DNA from: an uncultured Armatimonadetes bacterium
GTDB lineage: Bacteria; Armatimonadota; UBA5829; DTJY01
Reading direction: 5' to 3'
Assembly: GCA_963717145.1 (NCBI GenBank)
Contig: OY970325.1
Coordinates: forward strand, 1,472,001 to 1,536,000
Length of the DNA stretch: 64,000 nt
Shown: positions 19,878 to 27,894 of the stretch, piece by piece
Layout: the number at the start of each line of letters is the position of its first letter
How positions within the stretch are numbered: the first letter of the stretch is position 1
Translations under genes and position numbers: made by a program
Notes under the pieces: model-generated
The model's input: the letters and a program-made list of their open reading frames with translations, nothing else
Database searches by the model: none
What the model was told of the DNA's origin: nothing

Positions 19878-20627
19878 ATGAACCTTGATATCGATCTTCA
19901 CACTCACACGTATCACTCACCGTGCGGGCAGGCGGAAATGCTCCCGGCCGAGATAGTCCGGGTTGCAGCGAAGAAGGGAATCACTTCGCTTGCGATCACG
20001 GACCATTACTACGAGTTTACCGACCGAGGCATCTTCGACAAGATCAGAGAATCGGTGACTGCGGTCCGACGCAACCTGACGAACCCGCCTGAGGTATACT
20101 TCGGCTGCGAGGCCGAAGTGATGGCTCCGGGACGGACTGCAGGCAGTCAGCAACTCGCCGACAGCCTCGATTTCGTCATGGCCGGGACGACTCACTTCCA
20201 GAACACAGGGGTCACGGACCTCCCGCCGGGCGACGACGAGTTCCGCGCGTTCCACTACCTTCGGAACTTCGAGTACGCGGTGAGCCTGCCATGGGTCAAC
20301 GTCATCGCGCATCCGTTCTTCGTCGTCCCCAGCGTTTGCTCGGTCGAGATACTCGATCACCTGAGGGATTCCGACCTCCTCCCGGCGATCGAGCAGGCGA
20401 GGGAGAACGACGTGGCGATGGAGATCAGCCGGAGAGCGATTTGGCCCGGACAGGAGGGCTTCTCTCTGCGGTTCTACACACTCTGCAAACAGGCAGGGTT
20501 GAAGTTCACGATCGGGAGCGATGCTCATCGCCTCGAGGATGTCGGGAACGTGCATGTCCTCGAGCCGTTCCTCGACGAACTGGGCATCACCGAGGCGGAT
20601 ATCAGGCTGCCGAGCCACAGGGATTAG
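19878..20627 (+). CDS. PHP-domain phosphoesterase
   Basis: DLHTHT, AITDH, IAHP, GSDAH. Confidence 0.85.
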   Translation: MNLDIDLHTHTYHSPCGQAEMLPAEIVRVAAKKGITSLAITDHYYEFTDRGIFDKIRESVTAVRRNLTNPPEVYFGCEAEVMAPGRTAGSQQLADSLDFVMAGTTHFQNTGVTDLPPGDDEFRAFHYLRNFEYAVSLPWVNVIAHPFFVVPSVCSVEILDHLRDSDLLPAIEQARENDVAMEISRRAIWPGQEGFSLRFYTLCKQAGLKFTIGSDAHRLEDVGNVHVLEPFLDELGITEADIRLPSHRD

Positions 20628-20658
20628 CAACGATTCGATCCCCCGATGGGGAAACAGG

Positions 20659-20688
20659 AAAGCGGTGTCAAGCCACCGCACTCCAAAA
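20659..20688. repeat. Palindromic repeat family (AAAGCGGTGTCAAGCCACCGCACTCCAAA)
   Basis: Related copies near 24945-24970 and 33244-33277. Confidence 0.6.
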
Positions 20689-20699
20689 GGAGGTAACGT

Positions 20700-21701
20700 A
20701 TGCAGAAAGTTGCCGTAATCGGGGCGGGGCATATGGCGAGAGTGCATGGACTCGCCTATGCGAGCATGACGAATGCCACGCCCGTCGCGATCGTCGACAT
20801 CCGCAAGGACGCAGCCGACGAACTCGCCGGGGGCCTCGATGCGCAGGCCTTCACCGATTTCGACGCGATGATGCGGGCCGTCAATCCCGATGTGATCGAC
20901 GTTTGCGTCCCTACCCCATTCCACAAGGATTACGTGATCAAGGCGGCGCAAGCCGGTAAGCACGTCGTGACCGAGAAGCCGATGGGCCGGACGCTCGACG
21001 ATTGCCGGGAGATGATTGCGGCGACCGAAAAGGCCGGCGTCAAGTTCATGGTCGCGCACGTGCTCCGGTTCTTCCCCGAGTTCGCGGCGGCCAAGGCGCA
21101 GATAGACGCCGGCGCGGTCGGCAATCCAGCGATCGTCCGCACCACGAGGGGTGGCGGATTCCCGATGGCGTGGAACGACTGGTATGCTAAGCCCGAAATG
21201 AGCGGCGGGCTCGTGCTCGACCTGATCATCCACGACTTCGACTGGCTACGATGGTGCTTCGGGGATGCCGAGCGCGTCTTCGCCAAAGGACTTGTCGATC
21301 GAGGGCTCGATCATCTCGACTACGCGCTGGTCACGATCCGCTTCAAGAGCGGGGTGATCGCCCACGTGGAGGGCACATGGGCGAATCCATCCGGCTTCAC
21401 CGTGAAGTTCGAGATCGCCGGAGATGCGGGCTTGATCGACTTCTACAACAAGGAAGCGATGCCCCTGAACGTCGCGCAGAGGGACGCCGGTGACTCCAAG
21501 CAGGCCGGCGTCGCGATCCCGGAGAGCCCGACCGCCGAGAATCCGTACTTCCTCGAGCTTCAGCATTTCATCGATTGCGTCGAGGGTGACTGCAAGCCGG
21601 GCATAACGGCGCACGATGGGATGGCCGCGGTCGAAATATCGCTCGCCGCACTCGAGTCGATCAGGACCGGCAAGCCGGTAGAGGTTGGTGCAAGGAGATA
21701 G
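20700..21701 (+). CDS. Gfo/Idh/MocA family oxidoreductase
   Basis: IGAGHMA, GKHVVTEKP, DLIIHDFD. Confidence 0.9.
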   Translation: MQKVAVIGAGHMARVHGLAYASMTNATPVAIVDIRKDAADELAGGLDAQAFTDFDAMMRAVNPDVIDVCVPTPFHKDYVIKAAQAGKHVVTEKPMGRTLDDCREMIAATEKAGVKFMVAHVLRFFPEFAAAKAQIDAGAVGNPAIVRTTRGGGFPMAWNDWYAKPEMSGGLVLDLIIHDFDWLRWCFGDAERVFAKGLVDRGLDHLDYALVTIRFKSGVIAHVEGTWANPSGFTVKFEIAGDAGLIDFYNKEAMPLNVAQRDAGDSKQAGVAIPESPTAENPYFLELQHFIDCVEGDCKPGITAHDGMAAVEISLAALESIRTGKPVEVGARR

Positions 21702-21703
21702 AG

Positions 21704-22693
21704 ATGGCCGTCAAAATCGGGATGATGAGTTTCGCTCACATGCATGCCCACAGCTATGCCGGTTGCGTCAACCAGCTCTCCGAGACGGAACTGGTGGGTG
21801 TCGCCGACCACGACCCTGAGCGCGCGAAGAAGGTCGCCGAGACGTTCCATACCAAGGCGTTCCCGAGCTATGAGGAGCTGCTCCGGCAGGATATCGCCGC
21901 GGTCATCATCGGGTCGGAGAACATCCGCCATCGGGAGCTGACGACGATGGCCGCAGAGGCCGGGAAGCACGTCCTCTGCGAGAAGCCGATCGCCACGACG
22001 ATCTCGGACGCCCAAGGGATGATCGACGTCTGCAAGCGGAACGGCGTGCAACTCATGACCGCCTTCCCGTGCCGATACTCGCCCGCGATGGTCCGCCTGA
22101 AGGCGCTTGTCGACGGCGGCACGATTGGCGAGGTCCTCGCCATCAGGGGCACGAACCAGGGACGGATGCCCGGCGGATGGTTCATCGAGAAGGACAAGAG
22201 CGGCGGAGGCGCGGTAATCGATCATACGGTCCACGTGGCCGACCTCATGCGCTGGCTGCTCCGCAGCGAGCCGTCGGAGGTCTACGCAGAGATCAGCAAC
22301 GCCATGCATCACGAGGGGTACGACGATGTCGGGCAGTTGACTATCACATTCGACAACGGAGTGTTCACGAGCCTCAACACGAGTTGGTCGCGCCCGAAGA
22401 GCTTCCCGACCTGGGGAGACGTCACGATGGAGATCACAGGCATGAACGGCGTGGTCTCGTTGGATATGTTTGCTCAGGATTTTGCCATATACTCCGACAA
22501 AGCTATGTCAACGAGTTGGAACTTCTGGGGGGACAACATCGACTTGCTGATGATTCGGGACTTCGCGTCCTCGGTGGCGAACGGCACGCCGGTGAACGTC
22601 ACTGGTGAAGACGGACTCCGCGCCGTCGAGGTCGCACTCGGCGCCTACCAGTCCGCCGAGATCGGCGTCCCCGTGAAGCTTCCGTTGGGATAG
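21704..22693 (+). CDS. Gfo/Idh/MocA family oxidoreductase
   Basis: SFAHMHA, GKHVLCEKP, DHTVHVADL. Confidence 0.9.
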   Translation: MAVKIGMMSFAHMHAHSYAGCVNQLSETELVGVADHDPERAKKVAETFHTKAFPSYEELLRQDIAAVIIGSENIRHRELTTMAAEAGKHVLCEKPIATTISDAQGMIDVCKRNGVQLMTAFPCRYSPAMVRLKALVDGGTIGEVLAIRGTNQGRMPGGWFIEKDKSGGGAVIDHTVHVADLMRWLLRSEPSEVYAEISNAMHHEGYDDVGQLTITFDNGVFTSLNTSWSRPKSFPTWGDVTMEITGMNGVVSLDMFAQDFAIYSDKAMSTSWNFWGDNIDLLMIRDFASSVANGTPVNVTGEDGLRAVEVALGAYQSAEIGVPVKLPLG

Positions 22694-22754
22694 GGAGTAT
22701 GGGGGTATGGGAGTGTGGGAGTCCGGAGCGCCCATTCTCCCATTCTCCCACTCC
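22693..22754. repeat. Hairpin built from tandem octamers (GGGAGTAT)n/(CCCATTCT)n
   Basis: Imperfect inverted octamer arrays directly after the stop codon. Confidence 0.65.
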
Positions 22755-22768
22755 GCCGAGGTCTGCTC

Positions 22769-22921
22769 TTGTTCTGTCCGAAGTGTCGAGTGAAGATGAA
22801 AGAGGAGCCGCGCAGCTTCCATAAGAAACGCAAGTGGATCTGCCCCAAGTGCGGCAAGGCCCGCATGCAGAGCCCGAAAGAGACCGACCACGGAGGCACG
22901 GAGAAAGGCCGCTCAGTATGA
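22769..22921 (+). CDS. Small basic zinc-ribbon protein (~50 aa)
   Basis: TTG start with GAGG RBS; CPKC-x15-WICPKC; ATGA overlap with the next gene. Confidence 0.6.
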   Translation: MFCPKCRVKMKEEPRSFHKKRKWICPKCGKARMQSPKETDHGGTEKGRSV

Positions 22922-24864
22922 CACGCCCATTCCCACTCATACTCCTACTCATACTCATACTCCCGCATCCCACGCTCCAAGCCGCCGACGGGCCCGCCCT
23001 GCCCTACTTCACCATCACGGTCGTAGATGACGTGACCGGGCGGGGCGTCCCCCTGGTCGAGCTGACGACGACGAATCACCTCCGATACGTCACGGACAGC
23101 AACGGCATCGTCGCCTTCTACGAGCAGGGCCTCATGAACACGGATGTCTTCTTCCACGTGAAGTCCCACGGCTACTCATATCCCAAGGACGGCTTCGGTT
23201 ATGCGGGTCTGGCGCTCAAAACGACCGAGGGCGGGCGCGCCGAGATCAAGGTCCACCGCGACAATATCGCCCAGCGCCTCTATCGCATCACCGGCGAGGG
23301 AATCTACGCCGAGAGCCTCCTCGTCGGGCGTCCCGTGCCCCTCAAGCAGCCTGTGATCAACGGCCTCGTGTTGGGCCAGGACTCCGTCTTGACCGCGGTC
23401 TACAAGAACATGGTCTACTGGTTCTGGGGCGATACGAACCGGCCCGCGTATCCGCTCGGCAACTTCCATGCCTCCGGTGCGACGTCCCAACTGCCGGGCA
23501 AAGGCGGCCTCGACCCCGAAGTCGGCATTGATCTGACCTATTTCGTGAAGGAAGACGGCTTCTCCAAAGACATGATGCCGTTCGACGCTCCCGGTCCCGT
23601 ATGGCTCGGCGGGCTTCTGACGCTCAACGACGGCACGCGGGGCGAGCGGCTCTTCGCCATGTATTCGAACGTCGACACCGCGATGAAGGCGCAGGAGATC
23701 GGGATCGCCGAGTTCGACGACAAGAAGGAGGTTTTCGAGAAGATCGAACAGTTCGACCTCGATACGCCGATCCAACCGAACGGCCATCCCTTCAGGGTGA
23801 CGGACAAAGGCGTCGAGTGCATCTACTTCTCGCCGGTCACCCGTGTCCGGGCCGACGTGGCGAGCTACAAGGACCCGTCAAAGTACGAGGCGTTCACCGC
23901 ACTCAAGGAGGGATCGCGCAAGGAGAAGCTGGAGATCGACCGCGACGCTCAGGGGAAGGCCCGGTTCGCGTGGAAGAAGAACACGCCCGCACTCTTCCCT
24001 CAGGACGAGGCGCGTCTGATCAAAGAGGAGAAGCTGAAGCCCGAAGACGCGCTCTTCCACATTCAGGATGTCGCAACCGGAAAGCCGGTGGCCTACCACG
24101 GGGCGTCCGTGAGTTGGAACGAGTACCGAAAGCGCTTCGTGATGATCATGTCGGAGATATTCGGCACGTCGCTCCTCGGCGAGGTATGGTACTTGGAGGC
24201 CGATACGCCGCTCGGTCCGTGGGTCTACGCGCGCAAGATAGTGACTCACGACGCCTACACATTCTACAATCCGCGCCACCACCCGATGTTCGACAAGGAC
24301 AACGGACGGGTGATCTACTTCGATGGGACCTACACCAACTGGTTGACCGGCCATACCAATCACACTCCGAGGTACGACTACAACCAGATCATGTACAAGC
24401 TCGATCTCGCTGATCCGCGCCTCGCACTGCCGGTACCGTTCTATGGATTGAGAACGGCGGGTGCAACTGGGCTTGTGGTCAAGGAAACCATAGTCGGGAC
24501 GATCATCAACCAGTCGGGGGGAAGGGGAAAGCTCACATCGGTAGCCTTCTTTGCGCCTAACCAGCCAATGGAGGGGTGCCGGCCCGTAGTTGGAGCGGGC
24601 GGGCGACTCTCACTGATGCCTCAGGAGAAGTCGGACGCGGCCGACCAGTCCGGGGGGGGCGACCGGCGTCTTGCATTCTATGCCCTGCCCGCCGACACGC
24701 CGAATCCGCCGCCCACGACGACGCCTCTCTACGAATACGTCAGTCCCTCGGGCAGTTCGTTCACATACTTGACCGATCCGGCGTGGAGACAGGAGGGATT
24801 CGTCCGCGCCGAGAAACCGCTCTGCCTCGTCTGGAAGAACCCGATGACGGTGCGCCTGCCATAA
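22918..24864 (+). CDS. Large secreted protein, probable beta-propeller (DUF4185-like)
   Basis: Signal peptide, YWFWGDT motif, beta-rich repeats, strong codon bias. Confidence 0.6.
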   Translation: MTRPFPLILLLILILPHPTLQAADGPALPYFTITVVDDVTGRGVPLVELTTTNHLRYVTDSNGIVAFYEQGLMNTDVFFHVKSHGYSYPKDGFGYAGLALKTTEGGRAEIKVHRDNIAQRLYRITGEGIYAESLLVGRPVPLKQPVINGLVLGQDSVLTAVYKNMVYWFWGDTNRPAYPLGNFHASGATSQLPGKGGLDPEVGIDLTYFVKEDGFSKDMMPFDAPGPVWLGGLLTLNDGTRGERLFAMYSNVDTAMKAQEIGIAEFDDKKEVFEKIEQFDLDTPIQPNGHPFRVTDKGVECIYFSPVTRVRADVASYKDPSKYEAFTALKEGSRKEKLEIDRDAQGKARFAWKKNTPALFPQDEARLIKEEKLKPEDALFHIQDVATGKPVAYHGASVSWNEYRKRFVMIMSEIFGTSLLGEVWYLEADTPLGPWVYARKIVTHDAYTFYNPRHHPMFDKDNGRVIYFDGTYTNWLTGHTNHTPRYDYNQIMYKLDLADPRLALPVPFYGLRTAGATGLVVKETIVGTIINQSGGRGKLTSVAFFAPNQPMEGCRPVVGAGGRLSLMPQEKSDAADQSGGGDRRLAFYALPADTPNPPPTTTPLYEYVSPSGSSFTYLTDPAWRQEGFVRAEKPLCLVWKNPMTVRLP

Positions 24865-24976
24865 CACGGAATGCGCTTCGTGGAGGGGCGCTTTCCTGCG
24901 CGGTGGCTCGACACGCGGCGACGGCGTCAAGCCGCCCCAGACCAAAGCGACGTCGAGCCGTCGCACTCCATATGGG

Positions 24977-25005
24977 TTGACATCGGCGATAGGCTGGTAT
25001 ACAAT
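24977..25005 (+). promoter_or_regulatory. Sigma70-type promoter
   Basis: TTGACA-N17-TACAAT. Confidence 0.75.
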
Positions 25006-25045
25006 CAGGCAACAATTACCGCGTTCTTCCTGAGGGGGTGACGTC

Positions 25046-25123
25046 ATGAAACCACAGTGCTTTACCGCAGCCGGCAAGTTTACTGCACATAAGGCTTTGT
25101 CACATCTCCGGAGGGACGTGTAG
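25046..25123 (+). CDS. Putative leader peptide MKPQCFTAAGKFTAHKALSHLRRDV
   Basis: GGGGGTG RBS; lies between the promoter and an intrinsic terminator upstream of the methyltransferase. Confidence 0.55.
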   Translation: MKPQCFTAAGKFTAHKALSHLRRDV

Positions 25124-25154
25124 GCTGCCGGTTGAATACATCCAGCTCACACAC

Positions 25155-25182
25155 AGGCCGTCCCGATCGGGGCGGCCTTTTT
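25155..25182 (+). terminator. Intrinsic terminator / attenuator
   Basis: AGGCCGTCCC-GATC-GGGGCGGCCT followed by a T tract. Confidence 0.75.
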
Positions 25183-25224
25183 GCATCTGGGTGTTGGGAC
25201 TTACGTGTCTGGAAGGAGGACGCT

Positions 25225-26010
25225 ATGACTCTGTACGATGAGACGCCGGCTGGGTATTATGACGTGTTGTTCACCGGTCTGGAGGGCGATGTGGGGCTCT
25301 ACGTCGAGGAAGCGCAGAGGTCGGGATCGCCGGTGCTCGAACTGGGATGCGGGACGGGGCGCATCGTCATCCCGACCGCCGAGGCAGGGATCGAGGTCAC
25401 GGGCCTCGACGTCTCGCCGTTCATGCTTGATGCGGCGAGGCGCAAGGTGGAGAAGCTGGAGCCCGAGGTGAGAGCACGGATAAAGCTTGTCGAGGGCGAC
25501 ATGCGCGACTTCAGTATGGCCACGGAGTTCCCGCTGATCACGATTCCGTACCGGGCGTTCCTGCACATGCTGACGGCCGAAGACCAACAGCGCGCGCTCG
25601 GCTGTATCCGAGAGCATCTGGCCCCGGATGGTCGCCTGGTCTTGAACTTCTTCGACCCGGGGCTCGACTGCATCCTGGGTGGCATCCATGAGACGAAGCC
25701 TGAGATGACAAAGCGCCATGAGGGGACCGTGCCGGCGAGCGGGCACCGACTGATTTTCTATGACCGCGGCATGTACTACCCCGAGACTCAGTCGATCGTG
25801 CAGGAGAGCGTGTTCGAGGAGCTTGATGGCGATGGGAACGTGATCCGACGGACCGAGGACACGTGCTCGTTCAGGTGGATCTACCGTTATGAGATGGAGC
25901 ACCTGCTCGCGCGCACCGGGTTCGAGGTCGAGGCGCTATACGGCGACTTCCGGCGCGAGCCTTACCGGTACCGCGGCGAGCAGATCTGGGTGGCGAGAAG
26001 GGCATTGTGA
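25225..26010 (+). CDS. Class I SAM-dependent methyltransferase
   Basis: VLELGCGTGR, GLDVS, GDMRDF; AAGGAGG RBS. Confidence 0.9.
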   Translation: MTLYDETPAGYYDVLFTGLEGDVGLYVEEAQRSGSPVLELGCGTGRIVIPTAEAGIEVTGLDVSPFMLDAARRKVEKLEPEVRARIKLVEGDMRDFSMATEFPLITIPYRAFLHMLTAEDQQRALGCIREHLAPDGRLVLNFFDPGLDCILGGIHETKPEMTKRHEGTVPASGHRLIFYDRGMYYPETQSIVQESVFEELDGDGNVIRRTEDTCSFRWIYRYEMEHLLARTGFEVEALYGDFRREPYRYRGEQIWVARRAL

Positions 26011-26039
26011 TTGACCTGTGATACGGGACAAATGAAAGA

Positions 26040-26064
26040 GGGAAGCACCGACTGCTGCTTCCCC
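26040..26064. terminator. Hairpin between convergent genes
   Basis: GGGAAGCA...TGCTTCCC. Confidence 0.5.
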
Positions 26065-26096
26065 TTCCAACTTACCTGCTTGTACTCTCGGCGGTC

Positions 26097-26621
26097 TCAG
26101 TGCCGCCTTCGCCTGAGGGCTCCCGCGAGGCCCACGAGGCCCGCTCCGAGCGCCAGGATCGAAGCCGGCTCGGGAACAACCGGCACCAGGACGCCGAGCT
26201 GCCGACCAACCACGTTGTGGAGGTTGTCAGTGAAGTCCCAGGTTGTCGTTGTGTCGCCGTATCCGGGCTTCACGGTGATCTTCCAAGCGCCTACGTACAT
26301 GTTGCCCCACGTGAAGGGGTTCGTGTTCGTTTGGCACCCGTATGCGCCGCCCTGATATGAGCCGATCCAGTTCTCCGGAGGGATTATGGTTACGAGCCCC
26401 GGAGTCCAGTTCCCCAGGTTCACATGCCAGTCGAAGATCGGACCCGTGTGGTCGTAGTTGCGCACGTAGTCCAACGAGTAGATGTAGTCATACACATCCT
26501 CTTGGGCGTTGTAGATCTTCTGCACCGTGATCGGATCCATCACCGGAGGATCGGCCATAGCAGGCGCCGCCACCGAAACGATGAGCAGGCAGGCCATCAG
26601 TGTAAGATACCTTCGCATCAT
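26097..26621 (-). CDS. PEP-CTERM sorting-domain protein
   Basis: Signal peptide; C-terminal VPEPASILALGAGLVGLAGALRRRRH. Confidence 0.9.
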   Translation of the reverse strand: MMRRYLTLMACLLIVSVAAPAMADPPVMDPITVQKIYNAQEDVYDYIYSLDYVRNYDHTGPIFDWHVNLGNWTPGLVTIIPPENWIGSYQGGAYGCQTNTNPFTWGNMYVGAWKITVKPGYGDTTTTWDFTDNLHNVVGRQLGVLVPVVPEPASILALGAGLVGLAGALRRRRH

Positions 26622-26876
26622 TCTCACCTCCTTCCGTCACACATCTAAGATAGATTCAGAGACGTGCCGGATCATTGGGAATGCTGCGCTGCTCCGAGGT
26701 ATGCGCCGATCTTTGGCAGGAGGTGATGCTTGAGCAGATCGGACACTGCTGCTGCGGATGGCTGATGGTAAGCGTAGCGTTAATAGAAACGCCCCGGTTT
26801 CGAGCTTCGGCGCACGGACCGCGCCTGGGAGTCGTGCATCGGGTTCGCATCCCGGGCTTCGAAGCTCTGACATCTC

Positions 26877-26904
26877 ATTTTAGCACATCGGCGCGCTGTG
26901 TCAA
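26877..26904 (-). promoter_or_regulatory. Sigma70-type promoter giving a ~250-nt leader to the PEP-CTERM gene
   Basis: TTGACA-N16-TAAAAT with extended TG on the minus strand. Confidence 0.65.
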
Positions 26905-26972
26905 GCCATTTGTGAAATTCTACGCGAATAACTGGTGATAATACCAGTGTCCCCAGAGAGACTGGCACCCAA

Positions 26973-27731
26973 TCAATGCGCCTCGTGGAGGCCGAGGCGC
27001 GCGAAGAACGAGCTTATCGCGAGCATGGAGACGAATCCGAGGGCGATGTACAGAACTATCGAGCCCTTCTCGTGGGCGTACATCTCCTTCAGAAGCGCGA
27101 ATCCGACCGTGTAGAGGAAGCTCCCTGCCACGAGGCCGAGCACGATCCCCATGATGAGAGGCGATTCGCCCGGGACGAAGATCAGGCCGACGAGCGCGCC
27201 GAGTGCGGTCGTGAACTCGATCAGGGCGGTGATCCCGAGTGCCTTCCATCGGCCGTACCCCGCGAGTCGAGCCACGCAGACGAGCGCCAGGCCTTCAGGT
27301 ATCTTGTGATATGACACCGCGATCAGGATCATGATGCCCACGTTCGACGCCGACGCCGATCCCGCACCGATCGCGAGGCCGTCGACGGTGCTGTGGATTC
27401 CCATCGCGACCATCAGGAGAATCCCGAGGCGGAGGTATCCCTCCTCGCTGGCCGATGCGGCACATGCGGGACATAGCACCGAGACGTAGCGCCCGATCAG
27501 CGCGAAGAGGCCGACGCCCCCTGCGATGAGTACTGCAGTCATCGCCGGCCCGACCAACTCCGAGGTTTCGGGGACGATGTGCGCGGCCGTCACTGCGAGG
27601 AGCGACCCCGCGGCGAAACTGACGAGCGCACAGAGTAGCCGGTGGCTCACCTGCTTGCGGCCGATCGCGAATAGCCCGCCGATCGTTGCGGCGAGTATGG
27701 CAATCACGGCGCGCAGTATGACTGTGTTCAA
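26973..27731 (-). CDS. ZIP family metal transporter
   Basis: SFAAGSLL, IHSTVDGLAIG, HKIPEG, AGSFLY. Confidence 0.88.
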   Translation of the reverse strand: MNTVILRAVIAILAATIGGLFAIGRKQVSHRLLCALVSFAAGSLLAVTAAHIVPETSELVGPAMTAVLIAGGVGLFALIGRYVSVLCPACAASASEEGYLRLGILLMVAMGIHSTVDGLAIGAGSASASNVGIMILIAVSYHKIPEGLALVCVARLAGYGRWKALGITALIEFTTALGALVGLIFVPGESPLIMGIVLGLVAGSFLYTVGFALLKEMYAHEKGSIVLYIALGFVSMLAISSFFARLGLHEAH

Positions 27732-27894
27732 AGTTGTCAGCTCATGTATATCGATGACCTAACCTCCACGCAAGTCGGAACACAGAGACACAGAAGGAAC
27801 ACGGAAGCACAGAAGAGATCATGAGGATAGAAGAGAAGCTCCATCGGCTCAAGACCTCTTCCGTGTCCTCCATCTCCTTCTGTGATTCAGTGTT

